From NCBI GenBank assembly GCA_963805625.1, contig CAWDVE010000013.1, positions 448,001 through 512,000 on the forward strand: 64,000 bases of DNA, in the 5' to 3' direction. The stretch's first letter is position 1. Each line of letters begins with the position of its first letter. The notes under the pieces were generated by a model. It saw nothing but the letters and a program-made list of their open reading frames with translations. It had not been told where the DNA came from and searched no databases. Both the position numbers and the translations under genes were made by a program. This DNA is from an uncultured Candidatus Rokubacteria bacterium. GTDB lineage: Bacteria; Methylomirabilota; Methylomirabilia; Rokubacteriales; DASRDR01. This document shows, piece after piece, positions 1-8,502 of the stretch.

Positions 1-1
1 C

Positions 2-154
2 CCGGAGGGTACGCTCGAGGATCGCCGTCTTGCCACTGCCCGGAGCGGACATCAGGTTGACGACGAACGAGCCGTGGGCATCGAACTCCCGCCGGTTCTC
101 CCGCGCGATCAGCTCGTTGGTGTCCAGCACGCTCCGGAGCACGCTAACCTGCAC
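2..154 (-). CDS. hypB: Hydrogenase nickel incorporation GTPase HypB, N-terminus only (runs off the window start)
   Basis: Manual translation from GTG at 154 gives VQVSVLRSVLDTNELIARENRREFDAHGSFVVNLMSAPGSGKTAILERTL, with the HypB NLMSxPGSGKT P-loop. It overlaps the hypA stop. Confidence 0.9.
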   Translation of the reverse strand, partial: MQVSVLRSVLDTNELIARENRREFDAHGSFVVNLMSAPGSGKTAILERTLR

Positions 155-512
155 AGGGCACCTCCTCGCTCGTCTCGAGGCTGATGACCTCCAGCTCACG
201 CCCCGAGATCAGCTCGACGAGCCCGGAGCCGCAGCGGGGACAGCTGAAGGACAGCACTTCGATCTCGAAGCCCGCGGCGCAGTCGGCGCAGGTGGCCCGG
301 ACAGGGATGTGTTCTATCACGAGGACCGCCCCGTCGAGCGCGGTCCCCGGAGTCAGCAGGTCGAAGTAATGGCGGAGGCAATCCGGGACGACGGAGGTGA
401 GCCGCCCGATCCTGACCGTGACACACGATACGGGAGGGCGCGGCCCCGCGAGGCGGGCCAGGGCGTTCGTCGCCACCTCGATGATCCCCTCGCAGACCGA
501 CAATTCGTGCAT
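144..512 (-). CDS. hypA: Hydrogenase maturation nickel metallochaperone HypA
   Basis: MHELSVC N-terminus, two CxxC motifs (CADC, CPRC) and an SGREL C-terminal motif. Confidence 0.95.
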   Translation of the reverse strand: MHELSVCEGIIEVATNALARLAGPRPPVSCVTVRIGRLTSVVPDCLRHYFDLLTPGTALDGAVLVIEHIPVRATCADCAAGFEIEVLSFSCPRCGSGLVELISGRELEVISLETSEEVPCAG

Positions 513-537
513 GCCCGGTCTCCCGTCCGCATCAGCC

Positions 538-957
538 TCACGTCGGTCCGCGCGCGGCGACCTGGGCGAGAGTGGTCTCGTCCATCATCGCCTGGAGCGT
601 CGCGCTGACCCGGGCCCACTCGCTCTGCAGTCGGCAGGGATGGGGGTCGCCCGCACGGCGGGGCGGGAAGATGCACCGCCGGAGGACCACGGGCCCCTCG
701 ATGGCCTCGAAGATCTCCCTCAGCCGGATCTCCTGGGCCGGTCGCGCCAGCGCATAGCCGCGAACGGCGCCGCGGTGGGACGAGACCAGGCGGTGACGCC
801 GGAGCTTCTGGAGCGTGCGGGCCAGAAAGCCGGCGGGCAACTGGCCCGCCTGAGCGATCTGGCGAAGAAGCATGACCGTGCCCCGGGGCTGTCTGGCCAA
901 CACGATCAACCCCTCCAGGCCATACTGACTCTCGCGACTGAGAATCACCGGAGTCAA
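538..957 (-). CDS. Rrf2 family transcriptional regulator
   Basis: Winged-HTH pattern LSRESQYGL...FLARTLQKL...SHRGAVRGYALARPAQEIRLREIFEAIEG. The true start may be GTG at 948. Confidence 0.9.
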   Translation of the reverse strand: MTPVILSRESQYGLEGLIVLARQPRGTVMLLRQIAQAGQLPAGFLARTLQKLRRHRLVSSHRGAVRGYALARPAQEIRLREIFEAIEGPVVLRRCIFPPRRAGDPHPCRLQSEWARVSATLQAMMDETTLAQVAARGPT

Positions 958-978
958 AAGACCTCACGGGTCGCTTGA
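954..978. promoter_or_regulatory. Imperfect inverted repeat at the Rrf2 start, candidate autoregulatory operator
   Basis: TCAAAAGACC-N5-GGTCGCTTGA; the arms match at 8 of 10 positions. Confidence 0.35.
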
Positions 979-1149
979 GGAAAGAGTGGATCGGCCCGCG
1001 CGTAGGGTCCATGAGCCAAGAGCCTCATTCTTCTGAGGCATGGGCCTCACCTCGGGTCCAGGACAGGCCTGTAGGTCGTGGGCCGCCACGACCGGAGCTT
1101 GACCGCGATCGTGAGGTGGATCAGCAGCGACCCGGGAACCTCGCGAGAT

Positions 1150-1412
1150 CCCTGGCGCCTGGTGCACGGCCGGCATCTTCTGCTTCACCCGGTCGTGGAA
1201 CGAGTTCCTCTACGCGCTCATCTTCATGTCGTGCGGCTCGATGAAGATCATTTCGGTCGGGACGGTCAGCGACCTGGTCAAGGCGGACACCCTGTTCTGG
1301 GGATCGCTGATGGCCTCCGCGGTGCTCGGCTCGGTCCCGATCGCCATCCTGTACTCGTTCTTCGTCAAGCAACTACGTGTCCGGGCTCACCGCCGGGGCC
1401 GTGAAGGGATAG
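1150..1412 (+). pseudogene. C-terminal remnant of a carbohydrate ABC permease (MalG-like), frameshifted
   Basis: TAGIFCFTRSWNEFLYALIF...FWGSLMASAVLGSVPIAILYSFFVK, then YVSGLTAGAVKG* in another frame. No N-terminal part; resembles 39028-39888. Confidence 0.8.
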
Positions 1413-1494
1413 GCAGGCACCGCCCGGCCTGGGTCGCGCCCGACACCGGCGGGGGTTCGGGTCAGGCGCCCAGACGGCCCCCGGAGGCGCCGGC

Positions 1495-1625
1495 GTGAGT
1501 TCCGGTCAGGACCCGGCGGACATCGTCGGCGTAGGTCACCCGGCGATGCACGAGGCCTATCTCGAGAAATACTCCGAGGGCGCTCCCGCCCCGCTGGCCA
1601 AGTGCTCCGAGCTCTACGGTTCCTC
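1495..1625 (+). pseudogene. Possible N-terminal fragment of a DUF1330-like protein, ending shortly before the 1660 repeat
   Basis: GGAGG RBS then GTG. ADIVGVGHPAMHEAYLEKYSEGAPAPLAK loosely resembles DUF1330 N-termini. Confidence 0.25.
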
Positions 1626-1659
1626 GCCAGAAAGCGCAAGGAAACGGCGGGTGGTGGCT

Positions 1660-1688
1660 CGAACCCGTGTTTCAGCCTTGAGGATGGC
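1660..1688 (-). repeat. 29-bp direct repeat, copy 1 (tRNA-Glu(CTC)-like fragment, att-like)
   Basis: CGAACCCGTGTTTCAGCCTTGAGGATGGC, identical to 6170-6198. The reverse complement contains CTCAA-GGCTG-AAAC-ACGGG-TTCG. Confidence 0.85.
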
Positions 1689-1779
1689 CCTGGCTCGCGC
1701 AGCTAGGGGTACGGCCGCGGCGGCTTCTATAGCTACGACTGGCTCGAGTGAAAAGCACCGAGCGCGTCAATAACCCACA

Positions 1780-2679
1780 TCATTTCCTCTCGAATACCGT
1801 CCGCTGATGAGTGAAGATCTCACGCTCAAAGACCAGCTGATTGCATGAGTACCAGAAGGAGACGATCTGATACCGGAAGTTCTTGTCGAAGATATACTTG
1901 GGCAGCAGCTTCAGCACGAGCCAAAGTTTTCTGAAACTGAACTCGAGGCTCTTTCTCCCCCACTCTTTGAGCGTCTGGATATAGTCCAGCCGTCCGTTGT
2001 TCGCGGATATGAAAGTAAAATAAGGATCGGCGCACTTCTGCAGCTGCTCAAGGCCGCTGGGCAGCCAACTGCCGGGATAATACTTCTCCAAGTGCCCCAT
2101 CACCCAATTGTCCGACAGTTTTTGCGCGTTCACGTCACACTCTTCAGGCCTTGGGACGCGTTTGCCCCAGAGCATGGTCTGGACATACAAGCGTCCGCCG
2201 GGTTTCAACATCTGGGAACATTTCGCGAAAAAGCCATCGTAAATCTGATCCTGCTTGCCCGCCTCGAACTCTTCAATGCTGCAGAAGTGCTCGAGTGGAC
2301 CCACGGCCACGACCGCGTCAAAGACGCCTTCGTTCGAGTCCAGCTCCCTGAAATCCTTCAAGATGGCGTTCAGCCCGTCGGCTCGACATGCCGCGGCCTG
2401 CGCCGGAGACAACGTAAGCCCAAGCCCGACCGCGCCCCGCTCTCGTATGGCGTTTAGAATCGGTCCCCAGCCGCAGCCGACCTCAAGAACCCGGTCCCCT
2501 CTCTTGACGTGAAGGCTGTCAAGAATGAAATCATGCTTCTTCTTCTGCGCCTGTTCGAGCGTCAGGGTAAAGTCACCGCCATACATGGCGCCGCTGATAT
2601 CGGCATGATCTCCGAGGCTCAGACGGAAGATGTCATCCATGTAATCGTACGTAGCCTCGATCTGCTTCTGCGTTGCCAT
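1780..2679 (-). CDS. Class I SAM-dependent methyltransferase, cyclopropane fatty acid/mycolic acid synthase family
   Basis: TLEQAQKKK...RVLEVGCGWG, GLTLSPAQ, VGPLEHF and LKPGG motifs. Visibly lower GC than the flanks. Confidence 0.88.
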   Translation of the reverse strand: MATQKQIEATYDYMDDIFRLSLGDHADISGAMYGGDFTLTLEQAQKKKHDFILDSLHVKRGDRVLEVGCGWGPILNAIRERGAVGLGLTLSPAQAAACRADGLNAILKDFRELDSNEGVFDAVVAVGPLEHFCSIEEFEAGKQDQIYDGFFAKCSQMLKPGGRLYVQTMLWGKRVPRPEECDVNAQKLSDNWVMGHLEKYYPGSWLPSGLEQLQKCADPYFTFISANNGRLDYIQTLKEWGRKSLEFSFRKLWLVLKLLPKYIFDKNFRYQIVSFWYSCNQLVFEREIFTHQRTVFERK

Positions 2680-2923
2680 AATAGGTTAACCTTATCATGG
2701 ACACGGCAAGCAGCTTCAGGGGATCGACTTGCGCTGGTCCTCAAGGATCTCCCAGAGCCTTCCGCGCGGCGTCCACTTCGCCGTCCTGCATAGTGGGCCC
2801 TGTACTCTCCGAGATCAGCTTGCAGGCCAGATCCCTCTGCGCCACTCGTGATAGTGCTGATCCAGTAAGCATTGCTACTCTCCCGATCTCCCCGGATCAC
2901 TCGCTTCCAAGAACCTTCACATT

Positions 2924-3232
2924 CTAGAGGAATCCGATGCGCCTGGCGCCTCCGCCCTCCGCACCGATTTCCAGAATCGCGACCACATACGACCACGGGA
3001 CGAGAATCTCGAACCCCTCGTGCTTGCTGCCCGTACCGTCCCAGCTACCATCGGTCCTCGCCACTATGCCCGCCAGGTGGCCGAAGTTCACCACGGTGCA
3101 GGCGATGGCGAAAGCGGGCGCTCCGCGAGGCTGATTCAACTCAGGATCCAAGACTTGGCGGCTCCATGAAAACTTCTCGAACCAGGCACCCTCGACGACC
3201 AGCTCCACACGGTCGCCCTCCCGGATCGGCAT
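2924..3232 (-). CDS. Hypothetical protein (102 aa) ending in RRIGFL
   Basis: GAGG RBS before the ATG; globular, beta-rich composition. Confidence 0.6.
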   Translation of the reverse strand: MPIREGDRVELVVEGAWFEKFSWSRQVLDPELNQPRGAPAFAIACTVVNFGHLAGIVARTDGSWDGTGSKHEGFEILVPWSYVVAILEIGAEGGGARRIGFL

Positions 3233-3639
3233 ACCTCACATCTCCCTGTTCATGAATCACTTGGATCTAGGAACGTGTTACCCTTCCCACTTCGTTCCAC
3301 TCTGAAGTCGCACGGTTCCGGCCCTACTGGTACTTTGACAGACATCGCTGGGTCTGACAGCCAGGTCATGTATCTTGCCATCAACCAGCCGGAATCCCTC
3401 GCGTCCGAAGCTTCCCTGCACTTTGCTGACGATCTCGATCGGAAGCCGGACCATTCGGCTATGAGTCTCGGCATCTTCCTAATGATCAAGTGTGCCGCGG
3501 TGTCCACGGCATGGGGAATGGAATCTGGTATCCCGCGTACTCGTTAGATCGGCTGCTCGCGGTAGCGGTCCCGTCCGAGCGGAGGGCCACGGGTGGCCGT
3601 GGCCCTCGCCCCTGCTCCTGGCGTTCGTCACCCCATGGC

Positions 3640-4215
3640 TTACTGACAGATTTGCTGGCTGTAGGCGGGAATCCACACCGTGGCGCGCTGCCCGTTCTGG
3701 ACCGTCCGGGTCTCGTAGTGGCCCTGGACGGTCACGGTCTCACAGTTCTGACCGCCGGTCGGGGCCGACCCCTGGGCAGGCGGCTGCGGCGGCCCCGCCG
3801 GCGGGCTGCCGTAGCTCAGGCTGGTTGACGGATTCACCTGGCCTCCTGTCCCGGGGTCAGGCGGCGGGGTGTAGGCGGGGGGTGAGTATGCCGGGTACGA
3901 GTATGCGGGATAGCTGTAGGCCGGGTATGGGTAGGTAGGGTACGCGTAGGGATACGCAGGGTACGCGTAGGCCGGGGGATACCAGTAGGGGGCCGTAGCG
4001 AGGGTACCGATCCCCAACCCGAGGGCGAAGCCCCCCCAGCCCCAGCCCCAACCACCCCCGTGCCCACCATGCCAGCCCCCACCTCCACCATGCCAAGCAC
4101 CACCGCCGCCACCACGAAATCCACCGTGCCCCCCACCCCGCTGAGCCTGAGCAGGGCCCGCGAGGAGCGGCACGAGAAGCAGGGCCGCGAGCGCGATCGC
4201 CGTCAATTTCCTCAC
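3640..4215 (-). CDS. Secreted Gly/Trp- and Tyr/Pro-rich low-complexity protein
   Basis: GAGGAGG RBS then GTG at 4215; signal peptide ending AQA; GGGWHGG and YPAY repeats; C-terminal two-Cys module. Confidence 0.8.
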   Translation of the reverse strand: MRKLTAIALAALLLVPLLAGPAQAQRGGGHGGFRGGGGGAWHGGGGGWHGGHGGGWGWGWGGFALGLGIGTLATAPYWYPPAYAYPAYPYAYPTYPYPAYSYPAYSYPAYSPPAYTPPPDPGTGGQVNPSTSLSYGSPPAGPPQPPAQGSAPTGGQNCETVTVQGHYETRTVQNGQRATVWIPAYSQQICQ

Positions 4216-4520
4216 GTTCTTAGCCTCCTCTACAGTTGTTTTGACGGCAATATCGCGCCTTCGATTCCTAGGTTCCGTCAATCCCGGCGACCACCCCCCG
4301 CCGCCATCCCGGTCTGCCCACCGACCCGCGGGGGCCGGTTCTCACCCAGCGCGCCCGGCCCACTCTGGCCGGCCTGCCGCGCGCTAGAGTCCAGCCACCC
4401 TGGGACTGAACCGGACGCGGAAAACTAGCGACGGAGGGGCTACTCGCCGTCGCTGCAGCAGCCGGAGCGCAAGATTCCGCATGGAGGGTACAGGCGGAAA
4501 ATAAGGTATTCTCGGCGAGC

Positions 4521-5180
4521 ATGAACGACCCCGCCCAGGCGCCGCGCATCGAACCGCGCTGGCCCCCTGCCCTCGTGATCCTCGGGGTGACCGTCTTGCT
4601 CCAATCGCTGCACCCCCGCCTCCGGGTGTTGCCGGCCTGGTTTCACTACACCGTCACGATTGCTTTGCTCGTCCCGATGGTCGGCGTCGCACTGACCACG
4701 GCCAGAGCGCCGTGGCCACGTGTCGAGCGGACGATGACATTTCTCTTTTTCGCGACCGTTCAGGTCGCGACCCTGGTGGCCCTGGGGCGATTGATCGGCG
4801 AGATGGTGTACGACTCGAAGGAGGTCAGCGGGCTCGTGCTACTGGCGTCATCCATTGGGGTGTGGGCGCAGAACGTGCTCGCGTTCTCGTTGCTGTACTG
4901 GCAACTCGATCGAGGCGGGCCGCACGCTCGGGCGAGTAATCTGAGTCAGAAGCCGGACTGGCTCTTTCCGCAAACGGGAGTACCCGAGGACGTGCTGCCC
5001 GGTTGGCAGCCCACGTACGTAGACTACCTGTTCCTGGGATACTCGACGGCGACGGCATTCAGCGCCACCGATGCGCTGCCGCTGACGTCTCGCGCCAAGA
5101 TGCTGATGATGCTTCAGAGCATGATCTCGCTCGTGACGATCCTCCTCGTCGCCGCACGCGCGATCAATATTCTCCAGTGA
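4521..5180 (+). CDS. DUF1345-like membrane protein
   Basis: EPRWP N-terminus, several TM segments, DWLFPQ, WQPTYVDYLFLGYSTATAFSATD and AKMLMMLQS. Confidence 0.8.
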   Translation: MNDPAQAPRIEPRWPPALVILGVTVLLQSLHPRLRVLPAWFHYTVTIALLVPMVGVALTTARAPWPRVERTMTFLFFATVQVATLVALGRLIGEMVYDSKEVSGLVLLASSIGVWAQNVLAFSLLYWQLDRGGPHARASNLSQKPDWLFPQTGVPEDVLPGWQPTYVDYLFLGYSTATAFSATDALPLTSRAKMLMMLQSMISLVTILLVAARAINILQ

Positions 5181-5419
5181 GACGGTGACCTGGCAGGATG
5201 CGCCCTTCTATCTTGATTCCAATACCAAAGGGCGCCTTTCCGGATGAAACCCCCAATTCGAGTTGACCCGCTTCCGTGGATTCCGTTCCCCTTGTGGGGA
5301 GCGGGAGCTGCGCAGTAGATTCAGTCCTCGCGGCGTTGGGCGGCGAGTCGTTCAGTGCTCGGTTCGCTCACTTCGGTTCACCATGTTCATGCCCCGGCAA
5401 GGAGGAAGGAGACGACTCG

Positions 5420-5851
5420 ATGTTGGCTCAGCTCTCGCTCCGTGAGATCTCGCACGTGATAGCGCTGTCCATGGCGCCGGCCTTTCTTCTGGCGGCGGTC
5501 GGTGCGTTCAGCTCATTGGTGGTAGGCAAGATGACGAGCATCGTCACACGTATCCGCATCCTGAATACCATCGAGGATACCGATCGAGCCCGTGCTCATC
5601 TCAAGGCGGATATTCCAAGGCTCAAGCGCTGCGCGAAGCTGATGGACCGCGCGCTCACATGCTTGGTGGGCAGCGGCTTGGTCACGGCGTCTCTCATGAT
5701 CCTCGCGTTCGCCGGGGCTGTCATGAAGTGGCAGCATGAAACGGCAGTTGCCGTGCTCTTCATGATTACCCTCGCGCTCATCGCAGTCGCGTTTGGCTTC
5801 CTCTTTTGTGAGGCCCTCATCTGGCACGGCGAATTTGATCATCAGGCGTGA
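5420..5851 (+). CDS. DUF2721-like membrane protein
   Basis: RBS then ATG at 5420; IALSMAPAFLLAAVG...RIR pattern; three hydrophobic helices. Confidence 0.75.
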   Translation: MLAQLSLREISHVIALSMAPAFLLAAVGAFSSLVVGKMTSIVTRIRILNTIEDTDRARAHLKADIPRLKRCAKLMDRALTCLVGSGLVTASLMILAFAGAVMKWQHETAVAVLFMITLALIAVAFGFLFCEALIWHGEFDHQA

Positions 5852-6169
5852 GGTTGCCGCTCCGGGGGGTGCCGACGCACCCGGCCCCAAGGCAGGCCGT
5901 CGATGCACGCGCAGAGGGCAGCGGTGGAGGCCGGAGGCCTCATGTCGTACGGGCCGAGCGCTCACTCGTGGGAAAATTGTGGGAGCGGGACAACCACGGG
6001 GTGGCTCCGGCGCGGTTGTCATCGGCCAGAATGCCGTCGCGAGACGGCCCGGAACTCCCCGGATTCATGGCGATGACGTCCAATGGTGGCCGATAGACCC
6101 CTCCCGGTCACAGAACTGAAAAGCCCGGGTGCATCTTGGTCCCGGAGCCTGGGGGTCTGCAACGAAATG

Positions 6170-6198
6170 CGAACCCGTGTTTCAGCCTTGAGGATGGC
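6170..6198 (-). repeat. 29-bp direct repeat, copy 2 (tRNA-Glu(CTC)-like fragment, att-like)
   Basis: Identical to 1660-1688. Confidence 0.85.
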
Positions 6199-6349
6199 GA
6201 CGAGCACTGCAGCCGCACGCACTTCTCGCGCGACAGCTACGTTTGGTTGGGATGCATACCGGGCCATGTCCATCTCAGGTTTCAGTAGACTTTCTGAAGA
6301 CTTGTAAAGCGGGCTGGCACTCGTCACCGGCTTTGTCCCGAGACTTGAG

Positions 6350-6670
6350 AGCGCCTTCTAGACCGGGGCGACCGCGCCCGCTCGAACCTCCGGCGATCTA
6401 CCAGGTGTGGCCCCGTCTCCTGACACAGGCGCGGTTGACTGGCAGGCCGGGCGGGAGCCTCCGCGAGTGCCCCCCAGGCCCTCCGCCAATACTCTATGCG
6501 AGCCTCCAAATTGCCAAGGTCATCGAGGCCGGACGCGACCGGGACGCCCTCCTGACGTACCTCAGAAGCCAGCTGCGTCATCGGAACATCCAAAGGGCGA
6601 TGGGCTACTACATCCACCTCTTCCCGGGCGGCCAACGGGAGATCACCAACCGCCCGGACGACGACATCGG
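6350..6670 (+). pseudogene. Decayed C-terminal part of a tyrosine recombinase/integrase
   Basis: PSRPGRPRPLEPPAIYQVWPRLLTQARL; CTCCGCCAATACTCTATGCGAGCCTC reads LRHTYASL once two inserted bases are removed; TYLRSQLRHRNIQRAMGYYIHLFPGG resembles QLGHSSIxxTxxxYxHLxPG. Confidence 0.7.
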
Positions 6671-6793
6671 CCGGGACTGGCCGTCGGTCTTCCGGTCCAT
6701 CCGGCCGAGGGATGCGAGGCCTCTGGATTCGTCGCAGACCATCGTAAATCCGTCTCACTTGGCGAAAACGTCGCAATCGAGGGCCCCTGGAAC

Positions 6794-7039
6794 GTGAGCG
6801 AAAGGTCCGTAACGGTATATAGTTCGCCCACCTGACGCCCCTGCAAGCAGACGAAAGAGTTTCTTTCGTCCAAGGGCGTGACGTATCGGGAAGTGAACGT
6901 GGCGGAGGACTTGGAGGGCCGGGATGAGCTGATCCGGCGTACCGGTCAGCTGGCCGTGCCAGTGACGGTGATCGACGACGAGGTGGTGCTGGGCTTCAAC
7001 CGGCCCCGGCTCGTCGAGCTGCTCGGCCTGGACGCCTAA
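6794..7039 (+). CDS. Glutaredoxin/NrdH-like selenoprotein (U-R-P-C), 81 aa; absent from the ORF track
   Basis: MSERSVTVYSSPT[TGA 6833]RPCKQTKEFLSSKGVTYREVNVAED...TGQLAVPVTVIDDEVVLGFNRPRLVELLGLDA*. The UGA sits at the first Cys position of CxxC. Confidence 0.9.
6836..6878 (+). promoter_or_regulatory. Bacterial SECIS element
   Basis: Lower stem CGCCC/GGGCG; upper stem GACGAAAG/CTTTCGTC; apical loop AGTTT containing GU, starting 22 nt after the UGA. Confidence 0.8.
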
Positions 7040-7060
7040 CCTACCTGGGCCGGAAGCAAA

Positions 7061-7090
7061 GCTGGCCGGCGGGAGTCCCCGCCGGCAGCT
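7061..7090. terminator. GC-rich hairpin between the convergent glutaredoxin and TPR genes
   Basis: GCCGGCGGG...CCCGCCGGC stem. An upstream A-run gives a short U tract on the minus strand. Confidence 0.5.
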
Positions 7091-7135
7091 CAGCTCGTCC
7101 CAAGAGCGGAGGGCCGGAGCCCTCCGCCGCGCGTC

Positions 7136-8497
7136 TCACTGGGGATACTTGTCGCGAAGCTTCTTGAGGTGCTGCCGGGCGACGTCCACCCACTCCTTCT
7201 CCGTGGCGACCGTGGACGCGATCCCGATGTACCGATCCCATTGCGCGATGGCCTCGCGCGGGTCCAGCTTCTCGTAGGCGAGGGCAAGGTTGTAGTGCGC
7301 CGCCGTGTGTTTCGCCTCGACCTCGATCACCTTCTTGTACTCGGCGACGGCGTCCTTGTAGAGACCCTTCTCCTCGTAGATCTCGCCGAGTCCCATGCGA
7401 GCCTCGAGAAAATACTGGTCCAGCTCGATCGCCTTCTTGTAGGCGCTCACCGCCTCGTAGTAGAGCCCCTTCTCGGTGTAGTAGATCTTGCCCAGGGCGA
7501 ACTGCACCCGGGCATTCAGGGGATCGAGCGAAAGGGCCTTCTGGTAGTGGGCGATGGCGGCCTCATGCTCGCCCTTCGCGGCCTTGGCGTCCCCGAGGCC
7601 CACGTGCGCGTCCGCGTAGTGCGGCCTGATCGTGATCGCACGCTGGTAGGCCTCGATCGCCTGGTCGAAGAGCCGCCGCGGGCTAGACATGAACAGGTCC
7701 CCGAGCGCCTTGTACGGCTCCGGGATCCCGGCATCCACCTGGGTCGCGGCCCGGAACTGCGCCGCCGCCTTCCAGCGGTTCCCGAGGACGAGGTGCACGG
7801 AGCCCAGCTGGTAGTGTGCCAGAGCGAAGGTTGGGTCGACCTCGACCGCTCGTGCCAGGAGCTCCGCGGCGCCTTCGTTCCCCTCCTGGGTCCCGGAAAG
7901 GGCCGAGCGGCGCCCCTTGGCGAAGGCCTCGAACGCCGTGAGGTTCGTCGTGGGCTTGGCCGCCGCCACCAGGCGGTCGACCTCGTCCGCTTTCAGTCCG
8001 AGGTTGAGCGCCTTCGCATACGACTGGATCAGCGTGGCCTGCGTCTCGATGAGCTTGTCGCTCGGGCCCCGGACCGGATCGAGCGTCTGGCTCTGCCCCG
8101 TCTTCACGTCGATCAGCCGGGGCGTGATCGTGATGCCGTCACTCGCCGTCCGCTGGTAGTCGCCGAGGAAGACGATCTCGGCCTTGACAGCGCGCCCGAG
8201 GGCAAGGGGGCTCCGATCGGTGGCGCTCTCCGCAGCGGTCCCGCGAGCCGCCTGCCCGGCCCGGCTCCGGTCGATGGGCAGGAGCGCGGGTGTGCCCTGG
8301 GACGCCACGAAGAGCGTCTCGGCGATGGCCTCGCCGAACCAGGCGTCCGTCTCGGTCGACTGGTACGGCAAGATCAGCACGGGCCTGGGCTTCGCCCACG
8401 CCGTCCCCCCGAGTGCCGCCCAGAGGGAGCACGCCGCGAGCAGCCCCAGCATCGGCCCCCGCATTCGATGGACCCGGCGTCCGGTGCGTCTTGCCAT
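7136..8497 (-). CDS. Exported TPR-repeat protein with an N-terminal CsgG/FlgO/TolB-N-like domain
   Basis: AGGAGG RBS then ATG at 8497; signal peptide; VLILPY...GDYQ...RLIDVKTG; multiple TPR units. Confidence 0.85.
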   Translation of the reverse strand: MARRTGRRVHRMRGPMLGLLAACSLWAALGGTAWAKPRPVLILPYQSTETDAWFGEAIAETLFVASQGTPALLPIDRSRAGQAARGTAAESATDRSPLALGRAVKAEIVFLGDYQRTASDGITITPRLIDVKTGQSQTLDPVRGPSDKLIETQATLIQSYAKALNLGLKADEVDRLVAAAKPTTNLTAFEAFAKGRRSALSGTQEGNEGAAELLARAVEVDPTFALAHYQLGSVHLVLGNRWKAAAQFRAATQVDAGIPEPYKALGDLFMSSPRRLFDQAIEAYQRAITIRPHYADAHVGLGDAKAAKGEHEAAIAHYQKALSLDPLNARVQFALGKIYYTEKGLYYEAVSAYKKAIELDQYFLEARMGLGEIYEEKGLYKDAVAEYKKVIEVEAKHTAAHYNLALAYEKLDPREAIAQWDRYIGIASTVATEKEWVDVARQHLKKLRDKYPQ

Positions 8498-8502
8498 CGT
8501 GG

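Noticed and set aside
1660-1688. Intact tRNA gene here or at 6170-6198
   Set aside because: Only the anticodon-loop-to-T-loop segment is present, with no acceptor stem or D arm.
3250-3560. Short ORFs, and a GTTAGAT core near 3544 as a possible attC
   Set aside because: No partner box or stem was found, and the ORFs lack an RBS or motifs.
6324-6776. 150-aa minus-strand ORF
   Set aside because: It is Arg/Pro-rich and antisense to the integrase remnant.
6833-6835. Nonsense mutation making the glutaredoxin a pseudogene
   Set aside because: The position at the catalytic Cys, the intact downstream frame and the SECIS-like hairpin favour selenocysteine.
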